A stretch of DNA of 64,000 bases from Methanobacteriota archaeon (lineage in GTDB: Archaea > Thermoplasmatota > Poseidoniia > Poseidoniales > Poseidoniaceae), in assembly GCA_002699515.1 (NCBI GenBank), contig PAAW01000025.1:29000-92999 (forward strand). The letters run 5' to 3'. Of this stretch, positions 9,105 through 18,404 are shown piece by piece. The notes beneath the pieces are model-generated. The model worked only from the letters and a program-made list of their open reading frames with translations. It searched no databases and was not told the DNA's origin. Position numbers and translations under genes: made by a program. Numbering within the stretch: position 1 is the stretch's first letter; each line of letters opens with the position of its first letter.

Positions 9105-11150
9105 TTAAAATGAAATATTAAATTCTAAAGCACTAATACCAAGAAGAATTAATGTAGATATTAAATAACCAAGAATTGCACCACTATTTAGCAAAGGTAA
9201 ACCTGCTTGTGGCCTTCCTAATGCTACATATCCCATTAATATGAAATAACCACATAATCCACCAACCATTGTCAATAAACCAATCCAAATAGTAGCATCA
9301 ATTCCAAGAATCATGGTTCCTTGTGGTAACCATGTAATTGCTGAAATTACTAAAATACCTGGGAATATTACATCACCTAATCCCATAAACATTGCATCTT
9401 TAGTACTTTTTTCCTTTTTATTTTTAAATGATTTAGTTTTTAATTCCCAATCTTCTTCAGAGACATCTCGTTCTCTCATCGTATCTTTTTCATCAAGGAA
9501 AGAGTAATTTTTTTCTTGAGGGGCAACCAATAAGATTGGTAATTTTAAATTTACCATGGTATCGGCCAAATCTAACATGTGTTTGGATTTGTATACAGCC
9601 CAAGCATCATAAATTGCAGCAACAATCATAAAAATAATAATTAGCCATGGCACAAATGAAATTCCTAACATTGCAATTACTCCAGATCCTACTAGTATTC
9701 CAACAGAATTTACAACATACCATTCTGGCCTTATGTATAATACAATCATTAAGAAGATAGATACGCATAAACCAATTAAAGCAGCCCATTCATTTACAAG
9801 TTCAAATTGATTTTCATCAATACTTACAAACTGCCATTTATCATTCATTTGTATGAATACAACAGAATCTACAGAATTCCTTGAAGAATTAGATAATGCT
9901 AAATTCCCATCACCTTCAAAATTAATAGTCATATTAATTTGTTCAACTAAGTGACTACTTCTAAACATTCTTAAATTTTCAGAATCTATTACAAATAATT
10001 CATCTTGAGCATAATTATTGTAATTTGCTAATAATACTGATTTTATTGGTCCATTAAAAAATCCATTATCTAAATGCATTCTCTTTTCTTTACTCGGAAC
10101 AGTATTAGTTTCCAAATTAACATTCCACGCAGTTAAATTTCCGTCATTATCCCCAATGACTAGTAATTGTTGTTCAACTTCTGTTTCTTGCCACAAGGAA
10201 GTGCCTAATGTTGCAGCAGTAATTTTAGTTGAGTATAATGTTTCAAACGATACAGTGAAATTCCCCCCCTCACTTGGTAAATCTAAAAGTGCAAATCTAT
10301 TTTCAGTTACCCAAATTAATTGATTATTTTTTGTACTCCAAATATTAATTGTTTCTTCATTATTGATAAATTCAGGAATTTCATAACTTTGATTATCACC
10401 TATTTTATGCAATGTGTTATTTGAAGAAATATACCAATCTATATCATTTGTAGAAAATCCTAAAGAGCAATCAATATTATTATTCAAATCTTCTGCAATA
10501 TCATGGCTTTGATCAAGTTTTAGCCATGAACTTCCATCACAAATAATCATACCTTCGTCAAACATTGAAAAAGTATAATTTTCTTCATTTGTAAAAAAAA
10601 CAACACCTTGATGAAGCATATTTAGTGGCCCGACTCCATTTTCATCATAGGCATTAGAAAATGAATAAAATGCGTATCCTCCGAAATCTCCTGTTGTACT
10701 ATTTACAAGCTTTTGTGATGCATAAAAACTCTCATTCTTTTGAGAAATAATTTCATATGGATTGTTGTTAATTTCAAACTCTAGCGGTTCTGAGGGTGTT
10801 GAAATAATAAGATTTGTAAGAGGTATTGTAGAATAACAAAGTGCAATAAAAAGTATACCTAAAATTCCATATTTTATTATCCAATCCTTTTTCCATTTTG
10901 CCAAAAATATTATTGCAGCAGTAAATACTAATATCATCACAAATTCAAGTAAAATGTTTCTTGCTTGACTCGCTCCTGCTTCGCCAAATGCTCTAAATTC
11001 TGGTTTATCATAAAACGGTTGAATAACTATTCCAATCACTATTGTGACTACAAACATTATGGCCATTCCAAGCATTGATTGCCATTGTTCTTTCATAGCA
11101 TCTAACATTTCTTTTATTTGTGCAGTAGGGCGTATTGAATCTCCCTCCAT
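9105..11150 (-). CDS. A22-family (presenilin/signal-peptide-peptidase-like) intramembrane aspartyl protease with a large inserted ectodomain
   Basis: About 9 predicted TM helices. Catalytic motifs sit in consecutive C-terminal TMs: IYDAWAVY (YD) and FMGLGDVIFPG (GxGD). A PAL-like AGLPLL lies in the last TM. A ~340-aa hydrophilic, N-glycosylation-sequon-rich domain (aa ~112-455) is inserted between TM3 and TM4. Confidence 0.6.
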   Translation of the reverse strand: MEGDSIRPTAQIKEMLDAMKEQWQSMLGMAIMFVVTIVIGIVIQPFYDKPEFRAFGEAGASQARNILLEFVMILVFTAAIIFLAKWKKDWIIKYGILGILFIALCYSTIPLTNLIISTPSEPLEFEINNNPYEIISQKNESFYASQKLVNSTTGDFGGYAFYSFSNAYDENGVGPLNMLHQGVVFFTNEENYTFSMFDEGMIICDGSSWLKLDQSHDIAEDLNNNIDCSLGFSTNDIDWYISSNNTLHKIGDNQSYEIPEFINNEETINIWSTKNNQLIWVTENRFALLDLPSEGGNFTVSFETLYSTKITAATLGTSLWQETEVEQQLLVIGDNDGNLTAWNVNLETNTVPSKEKRMHLDNGFFNGPIKSVLLANYNNYAQDELFVIDSENLRMFRSSHLVEQINMTINFEGDGNLALSNSSRNSVDSVVFIQMNDKWQFVSIDENQFELVNEWAALIGLCVSIFLMIVLYIRPEWYVVNSVGILVGSGVIAMLGISFVPWLIIIFMIVAAIYDAWAVYKSKHMLDLADTMVNLKLPILLVAPQEKNYSFLDEKDTMRERDVSEEDWELKTKSFKNKKEKSTKDAMFMGLGDVIFPGILVISAITWLPQGTMILGIDATIWIGLLTMVGGLCGYFILMGYVALGRPQAGLPLLNSGAILGYLISTLILLGISALEFNISF

Positions 11151-11250
11151 GGCTATGCTTTATCAGTCTCCTCTATCAGTCTGTCTAAAACCCAACATTA
11201 TTTTTGTCAGAAACCTCAATATATCGATTGTTTTGGATGGCATGTATTGA

Positions 11251-12474
11251 ATGGATGCGATTAGATGGTTGGAATCCTTGCGTCAGCAAGGAATGAAACT
11301 TGGATTAGAAAATACAAGTGAATTGCTTTCAAGATTAGATGATCCTCAAAACAAATTTCCCTCAATTCATGTGGCTGGAAGTAATGGTAAAGGAACAATT
11401 TGTTCTATTTTGGCTAATACATTTACATTGAATAATATTAAAACAGGGCTATTTACTTCACCTCACCTTTGTAATATTGAAGAAAGAATAAGAATAAATG
11501 GAGTGCAAATCTTAGAGTCGGATTTTGTCAAAGAAATTGAAAAACTGCATTTAATTTGTGAAATTGAGCCAAAAATAACACCTACTTTTTATGAAGCTAC
11601 TTTTATTATTGCAATGATGTATTTCGCTTCATCAAAGGTTGAACGGGCCATAATTGAAACAGGATTGGGAGGGAGGTTGGACGCGACTAGATTGGTTAAT
11701 GCTGATTGTTGTATTTTAACTCAGATTTCATTAGAACATACAGAGATACTTGGAGATACATTATTGGAAATCGCATCAGAAAAAGCAGCAATTGCTAGAA
11801 AAGGAGCGCCATTAATTTCAATATGGAATGACGATAAAAAAGTACGTAAAAAAATTGAATCTTCAGTTAGTTCTTCAGAATTAATCGAATGGTATAGGAA
11901 TAAACAAAATGAAGACTTTAGAGATGAGGCAATAGGATTAGCAAATTTAGCTTTGTCTAAAATGGATTATACAATGGAATGTAAGGATGGTGCTAAAGTT
12001 ACTTTTTGGCCTGGCCGTATGCAAAAACTTCAAACTCCAGATGGATCAAATATTTTGCTTGATTGCGCACATAATCCTAGTGGACTTTCAAGAGCTATTT
12101 CTGAAATTTCTATGAATTATAAAGGGATTAAAAAAATTATTTTTGGTTGTACTAATCAAACAAATATTGATGCATTTTTACAACCATTAATTTTGTATGT
12201 TAATAGTTCTAGAATAGATGAGATTATTCTAACAGAACCCCAAGAAGGACGTACTAAGGCAATTTCAACAAAGAGATTATTTCAAAAATTATCTGATAAA
12301 CTACCAAACACATGCATTACAGAAATCCCAGAACCATCCGAAGCAATTGAAAGAGGCATAAAAAATTTGAATAAGGGGACTTTACTTTGTATTGGTAGTC
12401 TTTATTTAATTGGAAACATCTTGAAAGTTCTAAATTTAGATAACAGAGATTCTATGAATATATTCCGAAAGTAA
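11251..12474 (+). CDS. folC: folylpolyglutamate synthase/dihydrofolate synthase (Mur ligase family)
   Basis: P-loop IHVAGSNGKGT near the N-terminus and an FolC-like N-terminal LxRIxxLL..LxxP pattern. Central and C-terminal Mur ligase domains are present. Confidence 0.75.
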   Translation: MDAIRWLESLRQQGMKLGLENTSELLSRLDDPQNKFPSIHVAGSNGKGTICSILANTFTLNNIKTGLFTSPHLCNIEERIRINGVQILESDFVKEIEKLHLICEIEPKITPTFYEATFIIAMMYFASSKVERAIIETGLGGRLDATRLVNADCCILTQISLEHTEILGDTLLEIASEKAAIARKGAPLISIWNDDKKVRKKIESSVSSSELIEWYRNKQNEDFRDEAIGLANLALSKMDYTMECKDGAKVTFWPGRMQKLQTPDGSNILLDCAHNPSGLSRAISEISMNYKGIKKIIFGCTNQTNIDAFLQPLILYVNSSRIDEIILTEPQEGRTKAISTKRLFQKLSDKLPNTCITEIPEPSEAIERGIKNLNKGTLLCIGSLYLIGNILKVLNLDNRDSMNIFRK

Positions 12475-12513
12475 GAATTAGGCATATTAGTTACGAGGGG
12501 TAGTGAAGGAATC

Positions 12514-12945
12514 ATGAAATGGGATTTACGTTTTTTAAAACTTGCAACACATATCTCAGAATGGAGCAAAGATCCATCTACTAAAGTAGGATGTATTATT
12601 GTTGGAGAAGATAGAGAAATACGTTCAACTGGCTTTAATGGGTTTCCGAGAGGAATAGAAGATACAGAAGAACGATTGAATGATAGAGCCAAAAAATACC
12701 CTTTGATTTGTCACGCAGAAGAAAATGCAATTATGCATGCTGCAAGGATTGGTGTATCATTAAAAAATTGTATTGCATATGTAACATGGCCACCTTGTAA
12801 TAGGTGTACAAGGTCTCTAATTCAAGCAGGCATTAATAAAATTGTAATTCCAAGTGGTGTTGAAATACCAGAAAGATGGATTGATGAATTTAATTTATCA
12901 AAGTCTATGTTGAATGAATCAGGTGTGGAATTATTAATTATCTGA
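12514..12945 (+). CDS. dCMP deaminase (cytidine/deoxycytidylate deaminase family)
   Basis: Zinc-binding HAEENAI and PCNRC motifs. 143 aa. Confidence 0.8.
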   Translation: MKWDLRFLKLATHISEWSKDPSTKVGCIIVGEDREIRSTGFNGFPRGIEDTEERLNDRAKKYPLICHAEENAIMHAARIGVSLKNCIAYVTWPPCNRCTRSLIQAGINKIVIPSGVEIPERWIDEFNLSKSMLNESGVELLII

Positions 12946-12993
12946 GTTAGATTTTTTAAATATCTAGCAGATTATGTTAAGGCATATTGCCTC

Positions 12994-13434
12994 TTGAGTA
13001 TGTTGAGTCGAATGTCTAAGAAGACGAAAATTGGTATCAAAGAAAAGATTGCAAAGAAATGGGAATCTCTTCGAGATCACCATTTAACAATAATGACGAC
13101 AGTGTTTATGGTATCTCTTGTGATGATGTTATTTACATTGGTATTTGTAATAACTGGGAAATATACCGAATGGCCACCAGAGAGAAATGCATTAGCATGG
13201 CTTTCAGGATTAATTGGGGTAATAGTTGCGATATTTTTGTGGCCAGAATTTTTTTATCTTCGTGGAAGATATAATTATTTGAGAGAATTTCTACAAATCA
13301 ATTCACCTTCCGAATTAAGAAAGGATATGGCAGAGGCTCAGGATGCAGCAAAGATATTAGGTGAACGTTATCAAGATAAATTACAAGAATTTCTTTCAGA
13401 AAAAGGAATTAGGATGAAACGTAAATCAAAATGA
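12994..13434 (+). CDS. small membrane protein, hypothetical
   Basis: Two hydrophobic helices flanked by charged segments. No recognised family. Confidence 0.4.
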   Translation: MSMLSRMSKKTKIGIKEKIAKKWESLRDHHLTIMTTVFMVSLVMMLFTLVFVITGKYTEWPPERNALAWLSGLIGVIVAIFLWPEFFYLRGRYNYLREFLQINSPSELRKDMAEAQDAAKILGERYQDKLQEFLSEKGIRMKRKSK

Positions 13435-13443
13435 GGGGTTTAC

Positions 13444-14433
13444 TTGAGAGCATGGCCTTTGCTTAAAGAATTAATACTTGCAACCAGTATAATTTTACTT
13501 TTGTTGCTTGCAATGTATTCATCAACAGGAAATTCCCCTCCTGTTGTAGTAGTTGAGTCAGATTCAATGATGCATGATCCAGATGGGCAGGTTGGTGCTA
13601 TTGATGCAGGCGATTTAATTTTAGTTCATTCACCAACTAGTAGAAAGATAATAACATATGCTGAATCTTTGGAATTAGCTACAGATTCAAAAATTTATGA
13701 AAGTCATGGATTGCCAGGTGATGTTATAGTGTATGATAAAAATGGTGAAGATAAAACACCAATTATTCATCGTGCAATATTATATGCAAGAGCGAATTTT
13801 ACAGAAACCCCAGATAGAAATAATGAAAGCTGTGTTAACGGTAATTATGATAAATTTCTAATTGATTCAGTTGATTCCCAACTTGGGACTTGTATATTGA
13901 CATGGGATGTTGCCGGAACAACAATTAGAAATTCCACAAAAATAAGTTGGGAGTTTACAAAATATCGCTGTGACTTAACTGACAATGGAGCACATGCTCA
14001 ATATCTTAGAATTATAGATTGGGTTCCTAATCATGAAGGATATTTGACATTAGGGGATAATAATAATTGTAATGTGGATCAAGGAGGTTCAGCAACGAAT
14101 AATACTACAGGAGGAGGATTAAGTGATGCTTCAGGAAAACGTGTACAGGCTGTTTCAAAAGAATGGTTAGAAGGTATTGCTGGTGCTGAGATTCCATGGT
14201 TTGGTTCCATAAAACTAATGACTTTAGGAGCCACATCTTCATCCTCTCCAGGGACGACTTATATTCCTTCAAAAACATGGGTTTCCTTAGCTTTAACAAT
14301 TACAACTCTACTTATATTACCTGTGATTATTGAACCATTGGTTAATAGATTTTTAGAAAGATCTCCCGAAATGAATTCTTATAAGCAAGAATCAAAAAAG
14401 AAAAATATTGATGAAATAGGAGAATCAGAGTGA
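13444..14433 (+). CDS. signal peptidase I, archaeal/eukaryotic Sec11-type (S26B) with extended insertions
   Basis: N-terminal TM anchor, then the Sec11 boxes VVVESDSM, GDLILV, IIHRAI and LTLGDNN. A C-terminal hydrophobic segment follows. It likely starts at TTG 13444, which has a gagggg SD 6 nt upstream. It is about 330 aa, longer than typical Sec11 (~180 aa). Confidence 0.7.
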   Translation: MRAWPLLKELILATSIILLLLLAMYSSTGNSPPVVVVESDSMMHDPDGQVGAIDAGDLILVHSPTSRKIITYAESLELATDSKIYESHGLPGDVIVYDKNGEDKTPIIHRAILYARANFTETPDRNNESCVNGNYDKFLIDSVDSQLGTCILTWDVAGTTIRNSTKISWEFTKYRCDLTDNGAHAQYLRIIDWVPNHEGYLTLGDNNNCNVDQGGSATNNTTGGGLSDASGKRVQAVSKEWLEGIAGAEIPWFGSIKLMTLGATSSSSPGTTYIPSKTWVSLALTITTLLILPVIIEPLVNRFLERSPEMNSYKQESKKKNIDEIGESE

Positions 14434-15009
14434 TTCTTCTTTTATTTCTCTCCCAGCTAGTTTTTCTTGAGTATTTTTCAGTTTTTGTTCTAACTTTCCT
14501 AAATCATTTCTTACAGAATCCATATTTAATTGATCTAATTTAGAAATAATGGCTTGTTTCTCTCTTCTTAAACTAGAAAATCTTGATCTTAAACTATCAG
14601 TTGACTGTCTTGAATTTATTTCATGAACCCATGTTTCTAAAATTTCAATTAGTTCTGTAATGTTTCCCCCACTATCAGTGAAATAGATTTCTTGGTCCTT
14701 AGAAATTTTTAATAATAATTGTTCTGAATTAATAGAATGAGATTTTATACTTCCATTTACATAATCCGATGGAGAAATATAAATTCTTTGCTCAAGGAGA
14801 TAACCAAGGCCGTCTTCTTCAACATCATACATACTCATTGTAATTAATGCAATATTATTTTCAAATTTTACAAGATACTCTGCAAAACCATCTTCTAAAT
14901 GCCATAATTCTATTTGATTAGGAATCTCACCGATTTCATCAAGACAAAGTTGTTCGAGCATTTCAGTATGCATTGTATTGTTGAAAATATAATACACACA
15001 TAATATCAT
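14425..15009 (-). CDS. hypothetical protein with C-terminal coiled coil
   Basis: ORF only. The start may be the internal Met (MHTEML..). Confidence 0.35.
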   Translation of the reverse strand: MILCVYYIFNNTMHTEMLEQLCLDEIGEIPNQIELWHLEDGFAEYLVKFENNIALITMSMYDVEEDGLGYLLEQRIYISPSDYVNGSIKSHSINSEQLLLKISKDQEIYFTDSGGNITELIEILETWVHEINSRQSTDSLRSRFSSLRREKQAIISKLDQLNMDSVRNDLGKLEQKLKNTQEKLAGREIKEESL

Positions 15010-15064
15010 CGGAAAATATTCTCCTAATACTTTACTTCAAGAGTGAGAACTGTAACGGGGGGGC

Positions 15065-16627
15065 ATGGCCAATGAGTGGTTGGAGATAAATGCTAACGAC
15101 TTTTTATTTCCAATCTTAGTATTTTCTTTTGTAACTTGGTTGATTTTATTGTCAAAAATGCAAAGAAGTGGATATTTAGATAAATTAAACGCAACAAAAG
15201 CATTGGGTTTTATTTTGATGTTAAGAACTCAAAAGGGGAAAAAACTATTGGAAAAGATATCCAAGCCACGTAAATTTTGGAGGATATATGGAGAGGTCTC
15301 GTTATGGGTTTGCAGAATTTCAATGATTTTTATCATTATAATGTTATTACTAGTAATTTTAATATTTATTTTAACAGGACCCACAAAGGATCCAATGCCA
15401 ATTAGTACAATGATTGCAGTTCCAGGTTTGAATCCAGTAATTCCTTTAGGATGGGGTATTTTTGCATTTATCATTTCATTAGTAATTCATGAATTCGGTC
15501 ATGGTTTACAAGCAAGAGCACATGGCATGAGATTACGTAGTTTTGGTTTATTGTTATTGGGGCCTTTACCTTTAGGTGCTTTTGCAGAGCCAGAATATGA
15601 TGAATTAACTAGAGCTCCAAGAAAGGAACGTCAAAGAATGTTTGCTGCTGGCCCCTCGACTAATATTTTCTTAGCAATTATTTGTTTTTTCATTCTTGTA
15701 TTATCTGCAAATCAATTTACAGCAATTAATCCAGGAATGCATGCACAAGGAATTGTTCAACATGAGCAATCAGGAGCAGAATCCGCTGGCTTGAATGCTT
15801 ATGATATTATTACAAAAATTGATAATTATTCAATTACAACTTACCAGTCATTTGAATCTGCAATGGACGAATATTCTGCAGGAGATAATGTGTCATTAAC
15901 TGTGATTCCAATCAATAATAATGATGAAGCAATTCTTCTTAATGTTACATTAGGTGATGCTTATGAATATAATTATTATAATTGGAATTTATCATCTGGA
16001 AAAGATCTAAATAACGATGGAATTATTGATAAAGTTGATTTTGATAAATATTTAGATGACAATCAGGATTTTTTAGAACAAATAAATAGAATGGTAGAGC
16101 CAGGTGATGCATTTTTAGGGGTTAGCGGAATAGTAAGTAGTACTAATGGAATAGATAAGTTAGCGGGCCCGTTTGCACCAAATTCTCAGGGAACAATTAT
16201 AGGAAAAACAGTTTCTGTGCCATTTCATTTACTTTCACTATTATCAGCACCCTTTGAAAATAAGGGTACAGCAATAAATTCTTTTGAGGAAGAAATGATC
16301 GTTGCAAAAGAAAATGGATTCAGCGGCTTTATAGGAACACTAGGTTTGATTTTAATTGTAGAATCCTGTTTTTGGTTATTGTGGGTAAACATCTTGTTAG
16401 GATTAACAAATTTAATTCCAATCTTGCCTTTTGATGGCGGACACATGTTTAAGGATATGATGCACGGAACAATAGAAAAAATGAATAGAATTAGGAAATC
16501 ACTCGGATTTAGTAAATGGCATCCACTAAGTGTAGAAAATTTTGTTAGGAAAGTTTCAGGATGGAGTTCTTTAGGATTATTTTTTATGTTAATTCTAATG
16601 ATTGTGTTACCATATTTGGTAGCATAG
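15065..16627 (+). CDS. site-2 protease (M50 family, RseP-like) with PDZ domain
   Basis: HEFGHGLQA (HExxH) in a TM helix and the downstream LPILPFDGGH motif. A PDZ-like segment and multiple TM helices are present. Confidence 0.8.
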   Translation: MANEWLEINANDFLFPILVFSFVTWLILLSKMQRSGYLDKLNATKALGFILMLRTQKGKKLLEKISKPRKFWRIYGEVSLWVCRISMIFIIIMLLLVILIFILTGPTKDPMPISTMIAVPGLNPVIPLGWGIFAFIISLVIHEFGHGLQARAHGMRLRSFGLLLLGPLPLGAFAEPEYDELTRAPRKERQRMFAAGPSTNIFLAIICFFILVLSANQFTAINPGMHAQGIVQHEQSGAESAGLNAYDIITKIDNYSITTYQSFESAMDEYSAGDNVSLTVIPINNNDEAILLNVTLGDAYEYNYYNWNLSSGKDLNNDGIIDKVDFDKYLDDNQDFLEQINRMVEPGDAFLGVSGIVSSTNGIDKLAGPFAPNSQGTIIGKTVSVPFHLLSLLSAPFENKGTAINSFEEEMIVAKENGFSGFIGTLGLILIVESCFWLLWVNILLGLTNLIPILPFDGGHMFKDMMHGTIEKMNRIRKSLGFSKWHPLSVENFVRKVSGWSSLGLFFMLILMIVLPYLVA

Positions 16628-17168
16628 TATTGGGTTTTAAATCTTCAAAATTACCTTTTTCTCTACATAGGAACGCAAGGAATTTATGTAATGGAAGTCC
16701 TTTTTCCCAATCAATCATCGGATTACCTTGGTTTGAAAGAGGTAGTGAGGGAATTCTTCTCGCAAGTATTGACAACTTTCCTTTTAAATTATTTGTTTCA
16801 ACTCTAAAAATTCTCCATGAGTCTCCTCTAACTCCCTTTAATCGATGAGCATAAAGAGGCATTAAACCAGTTCTTTCACCTTCCCTTAGCATTGAATTAT
16901 ATTGATGCTTAGTTCTTCCTGAGAGGTATAATTTTTTAGCTTTTGTAGATTTTACTTCTATTGGAAAACTTATATCTCCTCTTAATGCAACCAAATCGCC
17001 ACTTCCTTCCATCCCACTTCCCGCTGCCCTTACAACTAGGAATGGTCTATTCATCACCATCATAATTTGTGTTTTTTCTAATGGACTACAACTACGAGTT
17101 ATAGAATTAATACTCTTCTCATCACCACTTAGTACACGTCGTAATTCTCTTTCATATGAGCTAGACAT
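16584..17168 (-). CDS. hjc: Hjc-like Holliday junction resolvase / PD-(D/E)xK nuclease, with an insertion and a C-terminal extension
   Basis: ERELRRVL ... VVRAAGSG ... GDLVAL ... IEVKST match the Hjc signature (ERE, AGS, D-x-V-A, E-V-K). It carries a ~30-aa insertion after the first helix. The C-terminus overlaps the S2P 3' end convergently by 44 nt. Confidence 0.55.
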   Translation of the reverse strand: MSSSYERELRRVLSGDEKSINSITRSCSPLEKTQIMMVMNRPFLVVRAAGSGMEGSGDLVALRGDISFPIEVKSTKAKKLYLSGRTKHQYNSMLREGERTGLMPLYAHRLKGVRGDSWRIFRVETNNLKGKLSILARRIPSLPLSNQGNPMIDWEKGLPLHKFLAFLCREKGNFEDLKPNTMLPNMVTQSLELT

Positions 17169-17280
17169 GTGTGTTTCGATTTTGGCGAGCGTACTTGAGG
17201 TTTCTTGTAATTAATCTTTAAAAATCTTAATTTTTAGTAGTATTAAATAATCACGGGATGCTAAGAAGGACTCAGAACAA

Positions 17281-17898
17281 TTATTGGTCAGTAGTATCTC
17301 TTCCAGGAAGTTGATCCTCTGTTTCTCTGTAAACTGTACGCATTGCATCAATAAAATTCTTATTTGATACTATCATATGATATTCTTCTATAGTACATTC
17401 CTCACTATTCAACCATTCAAGTAGAAGGCTAAATGTTAACTTAGCACCTTCTCTATGAGGGTAGGAAAAAATATCCATTGAAAAAGGAGCAGCAGCTACA
17501 ATTTTAACATCATTTTTTTCCCTGATTGCCGAAAACATTGCTTCATAAGTAACAGGTAATAAATCTCTTCTTCTTTGATCTTGAACTGGTCTTCTACAAT
17601 CTGGACTTACAACATGTAGCAAATATTTTGATGAAAGATTGTATGGTTTATTGAATTTAACTGTCGAAACTGGGCAGGGTGGTAAATTTAATTTTCTTTG
17701 TTCTACTGATATTGCTTTACATGCTTCTCTTAATTCTTCACCTGCAACATCATAGACTTTAGCATCAATTCCTTCTCTTCCAGATAATCGATTGTCTGAA
17801 GGAGTAGCAATTAAGTCTGCTTCGTGTTTTGATAGATCTCCATAGAACACTTTTAGGATACCATTTTTACAGGTTCGCTTCATTAGTAATTCTGCCAC
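17281..17898 (-). CDS. macro-domain (ADP-ribose-binding/processing) protein
   Basis: ILKVFYGDLSKHEADLIATPSDNRLSGREGIDAKVY..ACKAI and ..NLSSKYLLHVVSP align with the macro-domain signature (GDIT..ADAIVNAAN..L..GGGV; KYVIHTVGP). Confidence 0.6.
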   Translation of the reverse strand: MAELLMKRTCKNGILKVFYGDLSKHEADLIATPSDNRLSGREGIDAKVYDVAGEELREACKAISVEQRKLNLPPCPVSTVKFNKPYNLSSKYLLHVVSPDCRRPVQDQRRRDLLPVTYEAMFSAIREKNDVKIVAAAPFSMDIFSYPHREGAKLTFSLLLEWLNSEECTIEEYHMIVSNKNFIDAMRTVYRETEDQLPGRDTTDQ

Positions 17899-18004
17899 AA
17901 TCTACGGAGGTGAGGCCGACCTACATATTGACTTCGGTAATTTACATCATTATAGTGGACCAGTGGTAATATGGAAATAGTGCTTAAATATCATCCTGTA
18001 AGCC

Positions 18005-18028
18005 TTTTTTTATAGATTACTTTATAAA
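18005..18028 (+). promoter_or_regulatory. candidate archaeal promoter (A/T-rich BRE plus TATA box tttataaa) for the MC1 gene
   Basis: tttataaa at 18021-18028 lies ~34-41 nt upstream of ATG 18062. An additional ttttttatag sits just upstream. Confidence 0.35.
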
Positions 18029-18061
18029 GTATCTTTTCTGAGTGCCAGCGAGGAATATCTC

Positions 18062-18331
18062 ATGGCAAAAGACAAGAAGTACTTCGTACTAAGAGAAGGA
18101 GGAGCAGATACAAGTCAAGTATTTGCAAGTGCACAACCTAGAGGAGCAGCATTAAAAGCAGCATCTAGAGGGAAAACTAGCATTCGTTTGAGAGAACGTG
18201 GAACAAATCGTGTTCATGTTTTTGTAGGCGAAAGAAAACAAGTACCTAAACCTGAAAATGGGCCTGACTGGTTACCTGATATGGTCTGGAAGGCAAATGT
18301 AAAGAAACAAGGCATAGAACACTTAGGTTAG
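18062..18331 (+). CDS. archaeal chromatin protein MC1 family
   Basis: KYFVLREGGADTSQVFASAQPRGAALKAASRG..IRLRERGTNRVHVF..KPENGPDWLP matches MC1 (NFVLRDE..GVFTGKQPRQAALKAANRG..IRLRERGTKKVHVF..PAWMP). 89 aa and basic. Confidence 0.75.
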   Translation: MAKDKKYFVLREGGADTSQVFASAQPRGAALKAASRGKTSIRLRERGTNRVHVFVGERKQVPKPENGPDWLPDMVWKANVKKQGIEHLG

Positions 18332-18372
18332 ATTTCTTTAAGCACTAAACGGAATATACCGTACCACGCTTC

Positions 18373-18404
18373 CTCTTTCTGGTGCGCCAGAAAGAGTTTT
18401 TTTT
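18373..18404 (+). terminator. hairpin plus T8 intrinsic-like terminator downstream of MC1, abutting the convergent sdhB stop
   Basis: ctctttctgg-tgcg-ccagaaagag forms a perfect 10-bp stem with a 4-nt loop, followed by tttttttt (18397-18404). Archaeal RNAP terminates at oligo-T tracts. Confidence 0.5.

Noticed and set aside
16584-17898. Possible DarT-DarG-like toxin/antitoxin, with a macro-domain protein next to a ~200-aa protein
   Set aside because: The 194-aa neighbour matches Hjc-type PD-(D/E)xK resolvase motifs and has none of the DarT (DUF4433) ADP-ribosyltransferase pattern. The macro protein lacks the C-terminal DarG extension.
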